Position numbers and translations under genes: made by a program. The notes under the pieces are model-generated. The model ran no database searches, was not told where the DNA came from, and saw only the letters and a list, made by a program, of their open reading frames with translations. A stretch of DNA of 61,632 nucleotides, counting the filler, from Sphacelaria rigidula (Eukaryota): assembly GCA_964200075.2 (NCBI GenBank). It is 11 parts of 11 records of this genome, joined end to end, with 100 filler letters (N's around TTAATTAATTAA, not from the genome) between each part and the next. Parts side by side here need not be neighbours in the genome. Positions count along the whole stretch, not along the records: positions 33,673 to 39,184 come from CAXNAA020026730.1; positions 39,285 to 44,796 come from CAXNAA020026731.1; positions 44,897 to 50,408 come from CAXNAA020026732.1; 8 more parts are not named here. One strand, given 5' to 3'. Shown piece after piece: positions 36,802 through 49,014 of this stretch (positions within the stretch are counted from its first letter, which is position 1; the number at the start of each line of letters is the position of its first letter).

Positions 36802-37223
36802 CACAGGATCTTACAAATTGGGGATGAGAAACTCAGAGAATTAAAATCTTCGTATCCTTACCAAATCTTCGAAATATGATTCCATCTCTTCACCTACTGA
36901 TAGCTATTGACAACTGCTACACGCCATAGAGATTTGGGTTTCGATCACCGGAATGTTGAGGTCCTCGGCAAAAAACCAATTTTGGGGAATTCCGGGTGTC
37001 CGAACGGACGCCAAAATGGTGCCGAAATTGTTTCTTCACCTAGAACCTCAACATTTCGGTGATCGAAATCCAAATCTTTACGGCGTGTAGCAGTTGTCAA
37101 TGGCCATCAGTAGGTGAAGAAATGGAACCATATTTCGAAGATTTGGTGTAGATACGAAGATTTTAATTGTCCGGGTTTCTCATCCCCAATCAAATATCCA
37201 TCCCCGATTTGTAAGATCCCGTG
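36802..37223. mobile_element. CAC(A/G)G-ended foldback MITE inside the LINE
   Basis: About 180-bp inverted arms (cacaggatcttacaaat / atttgtaagatcccgtg); degenerate 8-bp flanks gctttcaa / tttttcat. Confidence 0.85.
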
Positions 37224-37420
37224 TTTTTCATCACTATCCCCGCATTCAACCACCCCTATATCTCCAGGTATTTTTCCTCGCCTACTTCGTGTCTGAGCGC
37301 CTCTTTCTTCTTTATTTCTTACTTTTGTCTTGTACCCCACGCCTTCATTCATGGACAGTATTTCGTCTTGGTTTCGTCCTTTCTCCTTCCATATTTTCTC
37401 GACTTTTCTGTCCCACCTTA

Positions 37421-38278
37421 AGGCCGTTATTATCGCCACAGTTTTCGGGAGACCGTCCTGACTTTAAGCGTTTTCGCACTTTTTCTCGAACCTTCTCCCA
37501 AAATGAAGCGGCGAGATGTTTTTGCTAACTCTTCACGTTTGGCGAATGCCTAATATTTCGGACCCCTGCACAATACTCCGCAGAGCTGCCCTTGGCGCAC
37601 GCCACGGCGCTCGCAAGCATCCGAGAATCATCAGGAACCTTGCTAGTGACACCCTGAGCAATATCGTAGAGGTGAAAGCACCGCGGGTCGCCGGTATCTA
37701 TCTCCTTAGACGGTGTGTGCCCCGGGAGCGGTGTTGGAGCTGTTGGAGCCAAGCACGGTTTTCGTTGTTTGCAGCTATACGCACTTTCGAAGCGAAGAGC
37801 AGCAACAACCCAGTTGCTACCTACTTGCCTGCAGTGCTGCTACGAGGGTACGCTACCGCGCCGTCTGAAAAGTGCATACCTGGTGATTTGATTGGGTATA
37901 TCTGCGCATACAACTCACAGAAAGCGAGCATGCTGCAATCTATGCACGGGGCATTCTACAGTCGGTCTTTTTTATCATGTGTGCTGCTGCAGCATCCCGA
38001 GAGAGCCGGTCGATGACGCCCTAGCCTGTCCGACTGCCCCCCCGTGTCACAGAGAGGTTGTGAGAAAGATGTTCACCACAGTTATGAACGCCATGCACGG
38101 GCAGGTAGCATAACCCTGTCCTTTATTTTGCCGGCGAAGGCAAGCAAACGACGAGATCAGCACCATGTGTAATGAGATATCTAACAGCAACAGTAGATCT
38201 AGATAATAACGAACCCTAGGCGAATGCCGAAATTTCAGACATTCTCCCAGTTTGTCTATTTGTCGATAATAAAGGCTT
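37421..38278. mobile_element. Harbinger-like non-autonomous element inside the LINE
   Basis: TIR aggccgttattatcg / cgataataaaggctt after TTA. LINE coding sequence resumes on both sides. Confidence 0.65.
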
Positions 38279-38717
38279 CCGGCCTTCCCTTTCGTACTTT
38301 TCTTCCATACAGCCACATCAACTGTAGCTGGCAATCTCTTTCTCTGCATGTTCTTTACGCTAGACTGCCATCGCAATTTTCTCATGTCTCTGTTTCAAGT
38401 GAGTAGATCACATTCCCCACTCTGCTCTCAAAAATGTATTTCTCGTCGTTCTCGAGCATCCAAGTATCTTCTTAGCTGCTGCCATCTGTACTGTTTCCAG
38501 CTTCTTCGCCAACTTCACGTTCCCCTCCCATACTTCTCCTGCATATTCCAGTTTTGGTACAATTACGTTCATCAGGATACATCTCTTAATCCCAGTGTCT
38601 AGATGCGAGTCTCTGGGGATCACGTCTATCCTGCCTATCTGTGCCTTGCCCTTTCGTATTACTTTGTTCATGTGTGCACCCCAATAACAGTCTTCTATAT
38701 CTCTATGCCAAGATATG

Positions 38718-38827
38718 CACGGGTGGCCACTGGCGTACCTGTAACCTCAAATTTGGACGTTACAGATCCTGTACAACGTCTGTAACGTCCAAATTTGAGG
38801 TTGCAGGCACCTCAGTGGCCACACGTG
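38718..38827. mobile_element. 110-bp hairpin MITE, CAC...GTG ends, 2-bp TSD (TG)
   Basis: Near-perfect palindrome. Removal plus one TG restores the LINE DQYTYLG codons. Confidence 0.9.
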
Positions 38828-39291
38828 TGTATACTGGTCTACGACAGGCAGTTCCTCTTCTCCCCACTTCCATTTGAACACTACCGGATTTTTGTTATCT
38901 TCGTTACGAACGAGTACCGCGCATTTATTAACGTTCGCTGTCACTCTCCACTTCCTAGTGTATTCTGGCGCCTTGTATATCTGCTTCTGCAATTCTCCTG
39001 ATGTTTCTGAAATCCCCACAAGGGCGGTCGGGGGGAGGCGCGGGGGCGTACTCATTTGCTGCTTGCCTTAGTCGTTCGACGAGTGACCACGCATCCTTTT
39101 CGAGACGGAGCACCGTTCCTGCTGCTAATAGAGACACCTCCAACATTCTGGCGCTCATTCCGTTTCTTCAAAAGCTCATTACGTNNNNNNNNNNNNNNNN
39201 NNNNNNNNNNNNNNNNNNNNNNNNNNNNTTAATTAATTAANNNNNNNNNNNNNNNNNNNNNNNNNNNNNNNNNNNNNNNNNNNNCCTTCTT

Positions 39292-39715
39292 ATGATGGCC
39301 CCGGAACCCACCCCCCCCCAACGGGCAAACACCATGGGCGAGCAAAACAGGCCTACGCCCCCCCCCCCCCCCGCCCCCCTCCCCCTCCGGGGGCCCCGTG
39401 ACCCTTGCCAGATCCCCAAAACTGTGGAGTTCATATCGAAGGGTGCCTTCAAAAGGGTGGCCCTGCAATTCCCTGACTCGTTACTGAGAGAAGCCCCTGA
39501 GGTTCTGTGGACATTGCAAGCACGCGTGCGTAAGCTGGTGGCCACGACGCGGGGTTCGGGGTCCTCGGAGGAGAAAGGACCGTTGGATATGGGAGGGTTG
39601 TTGGGGGCGGAAGGAGAGCCATTGATATTTGTAACGGGAGATACGTCCTACGGGAGCTGCTGTGTAGATGAAGTGTCGGCGCAGCACTTGAAGGCGGATG
39701 CTATCGTACACTACG
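39292..39715 (+). CDS. DPH2: DPH2 exon 1 (2-(3-amino-3-carboxypropyl)histidine synthase subunit 2); start could be 39334
   Basis: KRVALQFPDSLL and GDTSYGSCCVDEVSAQHLKADAIVHYG. QFPD and DTSYGSCC are DPH2-type rather than DPH1 QMPE/DVTYGACC. GT donor at 39716, phase 1. Confidence 0.9.
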
Positions 39716-40448
39716 GTGGGTCGACGGTTGTGTGTCTGATTCTGTATCTCTTGTCTGTTCCTATTATTCGTGTGTGGTGGTGATCCACTCTAAAACAATG
39801 TCCACTTCAACGTGCATGTGTGTGTGTTTTTTTGTTTTTCGTTTTTTTTTACTACTGTCGATGGTTTTGAGGAGACATTTGCGTTATTTGTAAATTATTC
39901 TCATGGAATGATTGACTTCGTGACTAAAAATCACTCGCGATTTTCAGTTTCGGAGAGATGAGTTGGGGAGGGGAGAGGGAGAGGGGGGGCAAGGGGCGAG
40001 ATTTATTCAAATAGTCAAAACAAGTGGCATCTTGTTTTATTTGCTTGTGTACAGTGTTTAATGACGCACTGGTCGAGTATTGCTCTTGACGTACGACTGA
40101 TGACGAAAGCCGCGAGAAAAGCGACTTCGAAGGAGTATCGGGACCATCGCGGGTCATCACGTGTCGAAGGATTACTTTTTGATTAATGCTGCGATAAGGT
40201 CTGCGCTTTTGCGGCCTGAGAGGAAATCGGAATTCAGGCATGTCGAATCGCCTTTGACTCTCACCACAGTTCTTAGAGCCTCAGGGTGGAACATGCATCC
40301 ATAACCCATGAGATAATTCCAGTCTGAGGTTCGGGCGGAGGTCACAATATTCTCGATGGAACATTACTCTCGTGGCTCTCAGGCCGGTTTTGGCCCCAAA
40401 AGTGCAGACCCTATCGCAGCATCACTCTTTTCTGGAAGATGACTATTG

Positions 40449-40706
40449 CACGCTTCGGACGAATCATCACCGGTTCGAATAACCAAACCCACGATTTCTT
40501 AGGCCTGATTTCTCAAAAGAGAGAAAAAAGTTGACCGCTGGTCGAAAGGGTATCCACGCAATTCTTGCGCCATTCCACGTGTCTGAGCTGCGTGTACCTG
40601 GGTTGCAACGCTGAAAATAAAGCCCAGGGATTGATTCGTACGGTACGAATCAATGGCACTAAAACCAACTAATTTCCAGACGAATCATTAGCTCGTCCGA
40701 CCGTTG
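40449..40706. mobile_element. CACGG MITE type 1 (reverse orientation) in DPH2 intron 1
   Basis: Perfect 8-bp TSD gactattg at 40441-48 and 40707-14. Confidence 0.9.
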
Positions 40707-40940
40707 GACTATTGTAGATACTGATGACCGCCCAGCTCTTATCGGATGGGGTCATTTAGATGCCGGCAATTGCACACGCCGCGCACATGTTCAACCTGCT
40801 GAAACACGCTGCGATGCTGCCCACACCCGCGATGCGACAATACGAAAACCGAACGGCGATCGATGTCTAGTAGCTGGTCCTGTAACCCACGATAAAGAAG
40901 GCGCCGCGTCCCGATTCGCCTGGCTCGAAATTGTACGCAG

Positions 40941-41099
40941 GGCGCGCCTGTCTCAGTCCCACGAACTCGTCTGTGCCGGTGCTGTACGTGTTCGGGAGAG
41001 GAAGCGTCGACGTGCAAGATTTGGCGTCTACTCTGCTGTCGGGGCCCTTGGCACCCTCGCTGTCGCAATCGCAAGCTGACGCTGTGGGCATCGATGCAT
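40941..41099 (+). CDS. DPH2: DPH2 exon 2
   Basis: cgcAG acceptor; GRACLSPTNSSVPVLYVFG continues the conserved HYG.ACLSP..LPV.YVFG; 159 bp, phase 1-1; GTgggt donor. Confidence 0.88.
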
Positions 41100-42165
41100 G
41101 TGGGTGGTTTGAGTCGTATTTTTGTTTCATAAATTTACACGGAACTTTTTTTTTTTTTTAATATATTATTTTTATTTTTTTTATTATTTTTTTTTTTTTT
41201 TTTTTTTTTTTTTTCCGCCTCTACCGCTGCATATTGGTAGAGTTGTTCCTTATTTTTTCTCCTTGTTTTATTTTATTTATTTTATTTTTAGCGCGCGCGT
41301 GTGTGTGTGTGCGTGTCGGTACCACACCTGAATGTGGGTAACTGAGAGTTGTTTCTCATGTGTTGTCACAATATGTCTCTTTTTTTGTTTTTGTCGTCGG
41401 CACAGCTGCATGGGCGTGATGGATTTGTTTATTAGCTCAGCATATCCCCCTTGTTCCTCTCCCTTTTTTTTTTTCTCACTTTACTTTCGTCTTTTTTTTT
41501 CAAACTCCTGACTCGGTTTCTGATTTTTTCCTACTCGAGTTTTCTTGTGTGTACGTAGCGAGTGTTCTCGCCTCATCCCCACCATCGGGTTACGTACGTC
41601 TATATATTGTGAGCGGCCATGTTTAGGTCCGTAGTGCATCGATTAGTGCGAGATTAATCAATCAAACTTTGAATGAAAAACTGCAGCGCCGCTTTTTTTT
41701 TGGGAGCAGTGGGGATTGGGAGTGTTGCGGCTTTGTGTAGAGCTTCATGACTATTGCAATGTCCAACTGTGAGCTCCCCCCGCTCGCTGTTTCCTTTGTT
41801 TTGTGATTCGAGAAAATTTCACGGCCTCGAGACTGTTGTGACATGTAGGCACTTACTTTTCCATGCCTAGTGACTATGATTGATTGATTGTCGCACGTTA
41901 ACTGACCACCCATGCGTCCAGCCGTAGTCGCTTGATGGACGTACCCAAAAAAAACAGAACTGACACACGCGTTCAAGAGAACGAAGGAGCAGAACAAAGT
42001 CGGACAGAACGACATGGTAGACTAGGACGTGAAAAAAATAATAGTGGTAATAAAGAAAGTAAAGAAGCAACATATTCAAACTACAGAAAGAGATGGCCGA
42101 CCTAAAAAAAGAAAGAAAAGCAGCAGACTTTGTTGTTCCTTTTACTGCCCTGGCCATCATTGACG

Positions 42166-42431
42166 GGACACTTTCTACGATAGCCTCCCTCCAAAAAAAG
42201 GACTGGTTTGGAGATGCAAAATCTACACGCGAAGCAAAATATAAACGACTGAGCGCAACAAGCAGCCGGAAATTCCTACGCTTGGGTTCGTTTTCGCCGA
42301 TGTCGCTCATATGAGGCGTTTCATGCAGCCTGAAACCAAATATGAGGCGCTGCTTGATCATTCTCTTCGCGACAGTTTTGGGCTGGCTTTGGGGCGGGGG
42401 GAGGGGGCGGGGTGCTACGGTAGAAAGTCTC
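42166..42431. mobile_element. Third copy of mariner-type MITE, in DPH2 intron 2
   Basis: acactttctacgatag ... ctacggtagaaagt, body colinear with 4271-4521. Confidence 0.8.
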
Positions 42432-42633
42432 ATTGTTGGATTTTGACACTTGGGCTTGCCACTAGGGTGACTTCACCAACCATCCTCCCCTCCACCACGA
42501 GACTGTAATTGGATCATGACCCCAGTTTGTTTCTCTACTATCGGGCCTAACCCTGATCGTGTAAGGGAGGTGTAGCCGACGTTCCTCTTACCCGCTTTTG
42601 CTGTCGCCGGTGCTTATACCTCCGTAAACGCAG

Positions 42634-44026
42634 GCGTCAAAGAGTACGTCCTTGAATCAGGCGGGAAGGATGATGACAAAAGTATTGTGGATTTTGAAGA
42701 TATGGCAGACGGCAGCGGCAGCCCCGTCGGCATCGTCGGCTGCGGCGCGAGAGATGAAAACACACCTCAGGTGAATATGCAGACGACTGAGCCAGCAGCA
42801 GGGGAGCCAGCAGGAGCACCGGCTCCAGTGCTGCTGTTGTACGATGTTAGGTATGCGCACGCCATTCCGGCTCTGTTGGAATCCCTCGAGGAGGAGTACA
42901 CCCGTCGGTCTGGCGGTGCTAGTTGTGTGGGCATGAGAGGCCTCGTGGTGGGATATCCAACCCCGCAAGAGTATTCCCCGCCCGGCACCTCAGGCGGCAG
43001 CACGGTCAGGGCGAGTGCCGCAGGAGATGAGCGAGGCACGAACACAGAGACTGTGCCATCCAGTTGCAAAGGGAGTAGGGGTGGAAGTGTAGGCCCCGGG
43101 TGTGGCTGCGGCCCTGCTGCTGCTACTACTGGTGTTGCGGCTACTTCGGCTGCCGTGACTGAGGGGGCTGCTGCTGATACGACGGCTACGGATGATGACG
43201 GTGTCGCAGCACGGATTAATGAGCTGAGGGTGAGCGGTAGCCGATGCGGGCCTCACGACAAAGGTAGTGTGAGTACGACGCGGACAGGTTGCGTTCCTGG
43301 TGGGTCATGTCGCGAGGCGGGAGGAGAAACGGGGGAAGGCGCGGCCGATGAGAGATGCGTGAGCGACAGCTCCGACGACAAGCTGTTGCGGCTGAAAGCG
43401 CCATGTTGTGCAAGCGGTGCGGGGGTGAAGAGCATGGCGACGGATGGAGGTTGCGGGCACCCGCGGATACAAAAGCAGCAGCAGCAGCAGCGGGACGAAA
43501 ACGAGGCTACGTTATTATCAGCGCCACCGAAAATTCCGCCGAGCGCAACAACATCTGCAACTCGACAAGAGCAACAGCAGGAGCCAGAAAATACGGCGGG
43601 GTCACTACCGTCGTCAGGGACTTCACCGAGCGCAGCAATATCTGCAACGGAACAGCAGCAACAGCCAACAGAAAATGTGGCGGTATTGTCTTCGGCATCC
43701 GAATCGCCGGCAGGAGCACCGCCGCATCCAACATCAACAAGGAATTTTGTTCAAGCGAACACCCCTCCAAAAATCGAAACCCCGGTTGCTCCTACCGCCC
43801 CCCCCGGCATTTCTGTGCGAATCGGTGGACTGGGTGTGGAAGTGGAATCGGAAGAATCGCTGAAAGGTTACACCGTGTTCTTCGTCGGCAGCGAAGGGCG
43901 GCAGCTGACTAACATTCTCTTGCGGTGTGCTGGGTGCCGCGATCGATTACGATACGATCCATCGCTACCCAAGGGGCGGCGGTTGGCGGCCGAGACGGGC
44001 AGAGGGAACCGCGATCTCATGCGCAG
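42634..44026 (+). CDS. DPH2: DPH2 exon 3 (1393 bp, with large low-complexity insertion); later exons not in this contig
   Basis: cgcAG acceptor in matching phase. VLLLYDVRYAHAI, YTVFFVG...LTNILL...YDP and NRDLMRR match DPH2 linker motifs. AG/GTgtgt donor. Confidence 0.85.
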
Positions 44027-44896
44027 GTGTGTGTGCGTGTATGTGTGCCTGTGCGTGTGTGTGATTGGTTGCCGTAGTGTTAGTCCGGTCCAAGGGCACG
44101 CCCCCGGTGATCAAGAGCGGGTATATGGATCCTCGTTTAAGTGGATGGAGTTAGTAGATTCGAATCTCGAGAGTCTCCGATGTGAGTGTTCTTATTTTCT
44201 TCCTATTTTCTCTCATGTTTTCTGGCTTGTTCCCATCCTCCGAAAAGTGTGAGGATGAGAGTTGAAAGAAAAAAAAATGAAGCGATAATAAGTTATTCGG
44301 AAATCAAAGCCGACGGGCTGCGGGAGAGTGGTCATCATCCCATGCTCGATAATATTGCGCAAGGAGAGCTCATAGCTACCGCGGGGAAGAGATTGGCGTG
44401 TTTATCCCTTGATGCTACAATATGTACATCCTCCTCTATTAGGGGGAGGGGGGTCAGAGGCGTGGAATATGACGAAAAGCTACGAGGGAAAAATGCGATG
44501 CCGCCCGTGGTATTGGTTCAAGTGCTGCGCGTATGAGTGAAGGTTGATATAATAAGTGTGTCAGGTGGACGTTCCGGGCGTCAGTTACTTGCTGTGGATT
44601 TCCAATCTATCTCTGGGGGAGTGGTCAGGTATATGCCTTTGACACATTTTCAGCTGCCACGTCCCGGTGGCATTACGACACCCACTCCGTCTGCCCGGTT
44701 TATGGGGATATTTATTTTTGTAGATGCCTGCACTGCTGCACTAGCAGCTGTGTTTGACCTGATCGCGCCCCCCCAAAAACCGCACCATGCTCTCTCNNNN
44801 NNNNNNNNNNNNNNNNNNNNNNNNNNNNNNNNNNNNNNNNTTAATTAATTAANNNNNNNNNNNNNNNNNNNNNNNNNNNNNNNNNNNNNNNNNNNN

Positions 44897-45230
44897 CACT
44901 CGCACTCGTTGGGCTGCTCTTTGGCCGAAAAATAAATACAACGAGCAATGACTCGAGTGCTCGCCGTATTTATTTTTCGGCCAAAGAGCAGCCCAACGAG
45001 TGCGAGTGCCACGAGTGACACTCTTGCTCGTCCGACGTATGAAGTTTTGGGTTGATGCCCGTACGAAGAAAAAGACCCCGGAAGGGCATGGGATAGGTGT
45101 TTTGCGAAAAAGAAGCGAGAATCCGCAGGCCAACAGCAGTTCCCTTTTCATTGCTCTCGAGATGTTTCATACGTCGGACGAGTACGAGTATGACTCATGG
45201 AACTTGCACCCGTTGGGCTGCTCGTTGGCC
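44897..45230. repeat. Nested palindromes preceding the tandem array
   Basis: 44897-45008 is a hairpin (cactcgcactcgttgggctgctctttggccgaaaaataaatac and its reverse complement). A second pair is ctcgtccgacgtatgaa / ttcatacgtcggacgag. Confidence 0.85.
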
Positions 45231-45245
45231 GTTTTTGGAGGTCCT

Positions 45246-46200
45246 CGAGCACCCGAGTCATTGCTTGTGGAAAAATTAATAGGGCGAGTACTCGAGTCAT
45301 GGCTCGTCGTGGAAAAATTAATAGGGCGAGCACTCGAGTCATTGCTCGTTGTGGAAAAATGAATGGGGCGAGCACTCGCGTCATTGCTCGTTGCCGAAAA
45401 ATTATAAGGGCGAGCACTCGAGTAATTGCTCGTTGTGCAAAAAGATAATAGGGCGAGCACTCGAGTCATTGCTTGTTGTGGAGAAAAATAATAGGGCCAG
45501 CACTCGAGTCATTGCTCGTTGTGGAAAAATTTAATAGGGCGAGCGCTCGAGTCACTGCTTGTTGTGGAAAAATTACATGGTTGGAACGAATAAAATCGTC
45601 ATTCAACTCATGTTCATCATTCCAACGAATAAATCATATGATTCGTACATCATCTGTAATTTTTACAGGTTTTGGGCTCGTGACTCGTACAGTACACCGT
45701 CAAAGGTACCTGCTTCCTTCCTTCCGTTTAAACGGGGTAACATCACGGGCACATATTCATCCCCTGTAGTTCATGTGGAATGAATCCATTCTACATCCCA
45801 CCCACTCTTACTTTTCATGAGGCGTGAGTGGCATGTACATGTATGCCATTTGTGATTCGTATGAGGTGAGCGCCCGTATATGTTTCCCACCGTCGGGTTC
45901 ATGCGAGACGAATAGTCGGCACATGGTTGAATCCTCTCATTTCATGGGCCTTGAATCACGCGTACGTTTCTCCCCTCTGTAATACGCGCGAGATGACTGC
46001 ACTGCATATGTTATCCACCCTCGGGTTCATGCGGGACCAACAGCCGGCATATATATGGTCGAATCCTGTCATCTCATGGGGAGTCAACTCGTCTGAGCTC
46101 TGATTCGTCCTAACCGTGAAAACTTAATAGGGCGAGTACTCGAGTCATCGCTCATTATGGAAAAATGAAAAGAGCGAGTACTCGAGTCATTGTTCGTTGT
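45246..46200 (+). repeat. Tandem array, 10 units of ~42 bp, interrupted by a MITE
   Basis: Unit cgagcactcgagtcattgctcgttgtggaaaaattaataggg: 8 copies at 45246-45575 and 2 copies at 46119-46200. Confidence 0.92.
45576..46118. mobile_element. CACGG MITE type 2 copy inserted in the tandem array
   Basis: Colinear with 29654-30186; flanks aaaaatta / aaaactta. Confidence 0.85.
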
Positions 46201-47434
46201 TCCTTTGAGGCCCTAGGTCGAAAAGGGTTCTACTATATCGAAATTCAAAAAGTGTCGTCCCTGTCCGTCCGCTCTCACAACGAAGGCCAGAACCCCGCAC
46301 TTTTTTTTCTCGAATGGATTCGAAGCCGCGCTGCGCGGAAAAACCATCCCATCGCTCTTCTAACATCAATCAAGATGCCCTCAAGAAGGTTCAGCTCCAT
46401 TGGTGCTCATGGCGTTGTGTCTCGCTTCTGTTTGTGAGCGGTCTCAAGAACAGCCCAGCTCGACCCCTTTTGACCAGCGCTGGTCTTGATTCAACTTCTC
46501 AGACTTGACTGTCGCAACTTGAAAGGAGGCACCTCTTGGAGGTTGGAGGCATCACACGCAGCAACCGGCTGTCCCAATCACTTTAAACACCCTCGAGAAG
46601 CTTCATTGATGCTTTCTTCTTCGGCTTCGCTTGTGCGTGCCGACGCCGTCCGTGGCTGAGATGGGAGGGGTGTCAAACTACGTGATCTAATTGATTCGAA
46701 CTACTCTCCGTCATGCCTGTGTCGACTGTCGACAAACGGTGGTAGTACGGGCGCTTGTAGTCGAAACGACCGCGGGCAGCGGGCGTATCTCGGCTTCCAC
46801 GGTGAAAAATGGAGACTGTACAGACGCGATCTTGCACTAGTGAACTGTCTGTGCTTGCAGAGCTGCGCCTCGCACGGGGTTTGACAAGCGGATAAGAAAT
46901 GTTGACGTGGTACCAACCCTGCTACGAGCGAACTCAAATCGGATCGTCGCGTCGTGAACTTTTGCCCCGGACAACAAGGATGGAGCGACCACAAAATCGG
47001 CAAGGTGAGCCTTGCTGTAGTCAAAATCCGCTAGGAGTTCGCATCTACTATGATCATCGCTGTCTGTGTTGGTCTCTCTCCTGTCTTTTCTGCCTCGCCT
47101 CTTCTCAGTATACAGCCATGAGTTCATGTGATGTGTACTGAGAGTGCCTTCCCTCTGGTCCATACAGTATTTCGGCAACCCAAGGCAAAGCGTCTGGGGT
47201 CTGCTGTTGTTGCTATGTCCTACTGTGTGTTGCTATCTCTCCCTCCCTTTCTCTCTTCTGGCTTCCCTCTTCTTAACCTACAGCCAAGTGTGTGTATTGT
47301 ATACCGAGTGCGCTCTGCAACGGTGCTGTGTGTGTGTCCCCATTAGAAACATCGAGGAGAAGCCGGAGGTGCTTGGTTGAGAACAGTGAACGATACTGTA
47401 CCGTCTGTACTGTACTGCACTGTCTGTAGCTTCC

Positions 47435-47690
47435 CACGGTCGGAGGAATTGATGATTCGTCTGGAAATTACTTGATTTTAGCGTGATTAATTCGTCCGTA
47501 CGTATCAATCCTTGGGCTTTGTTTTCAGCGTTGCAAGCCAGGTACGCGCAGCCCAGGCACATGGAATGGTGCAAGAGTTGCGTGGAGACCTGTTTGACAA
47601 GCGGTCGACTTTATTCTCTATTTCGAGCAATCAGGCCTCAGAAATCGTGGATTTGGCTACTCGAACCGGCAATGATTCGTCCGAACCGTG
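47435..47690. mobile_element. CACGG MITE type 1 copy
   Basis: Colinear with 17818-18074; flanks gtagcttc / gtaggttc. Confidence 0.85.
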
Positions 47691-48585
47691 GTAGGTTCTA
47701 TCTAAATTATCATGACAGTACGGTTGTATACGAGTATCAACTATCAAATCACGATTGATTTTGATTTTAAAGTTGATTTAATTTATATCAACAATCACGT
47801 CAACGCCTCGCTGATTAGTTGATTTATATAATCTAATCAACTTCAATCAATCAAGTCAAAATAACTTGATGTAATCATGATCAGTTGATTTTTTTCAGGA
47901 AGAAAAGAGGCGTTCGCGTCGTGTAACGTTTTTTTTGCCTGCGGCGCAACCATCGATCGACGCATATGTCTACTTATCGACTCGTTAGTATTGAAATATC
48001 GAAATACCGTGGTATCGTGGGTATCGTAGGTATGACATTTTAAAATACCCGATTGGACCGGTATCGGTAGGGTATGAGACATCCCAAATAGCGGTACCGG
48101 GTACCTACCGTACCTACGGTGCCTGTGCTGTCTTTCGTGGATTGAGGTGGGGTGACGCTCACGATCCGTCGTCACAGGGAAACGTTGTCGTCTCATGTTC
48201 ATTGATCTAGCTCCATATAATTTCGCTGGTCAGACTCTTTACGGACGTTCGGTCGGCGGAGCTTTCGCGACGACGCATTTGCGCGGCACTGTCTGTAGTG
48301 AGCGAGCGCAGGCAAGGTTAGCTCACGTCCAAAACCGGCAGCTGCTCCCGTTTTGTATCATTCTAGTCCGAAGTACATACTCCGTACCCGCGGTCGAAAG
48401 CCCTGTAGTGTAGAATATTTCTCGAAATGTTTTGCACAGCCCACTGTGACAAAATCTACGCCGAACAAAATTTCACGTGGACCTGTCACACGAAACGAAG
48501 AAAAGAACCTCGTGTGTGCACAGAGCAGCTGCAAAATCGCTACAGTAGTCGTAAAATCCGTCAATGTCGCCCATGAGGCACCTCA

Positions 48586-48916
48586 CACACGCGGCCATTT
48601 GGCTACTCCCCTAAATGCCTCCGGAGGGATGCGTGGCCCTCCAGAGGCAAAACAAGCCTCCGGAGGCTTTCAATCCCTCCGGAGGAAACAAACCTCTACC
48701 GACCTGGAGGGCCGCGCACCCCTCCGGAGGAATTTGGGTCATCATGGCCCTCCAGAGGCAAAAACAAGCCTCCGGAGGCATTTAATCCATCTGGAGGGAA
48801 CCAAAAAATCTCCTCTGTGGCGCCGCACACACCTCCGGGGGCGTTTAATTCCGCTGGAGGCTCGAAAAGTTGACCGACCTGGAGTAATTTTGGGGGTAGC
48901 TAAATGGCCGCGTGTG
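48586..48916. mobile_element. CACAC-ended MITE, 2-bp TSD (CA), filled with CCTCCGGAGG palindromes
   Basis: TIR cacacgcggccatttggctac / gtagctaaatggccgcgtgtg. It is inserted in a mariner-MITE relative whose sequence rejoins across it. Confidence 0.88.
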
Positions 48917-49014
48917 CATGCTGCATGAAAAAAGCTGGAGTGCCCCGCAATTTTTTTTTCCGTGACAGCTTTGGGGGCTGATATGGGGGTCGCCTGTCGC
49001 AGAATGACTGTGCG

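Larger units (their letters stand above)
36345..39020 (-). mobile_element. Family B LINE, 5'-truncated at the RT catalytic region and split by three DNA-transposon insertions; short 3' ends also at 11058, 12738(+), 22145, 28400, 33510, 33673, 39040
   Basis: VGISETSGELQKQI..YTRKWRVTANVNKC, DQYT(Y)LG, PKLEYAGEVW, KLRWQ, HIVEECELYKEER. Terminus ...ctaaggcaagcaacaaatgagtacgcccc. Confidence 0.88.

Noticed and set aside
44027..44252. C-terminal part of the 521-aa ORF (CVCVYVCL...)
   Set aside because: Read-through into a (GT)n-rich intron after the donor at 44027.
45246..46200. CRISPR array
   Set aside because: Units are head-to-tail with no unique spacers, there are no cas genes, and the context is eukaryotic.
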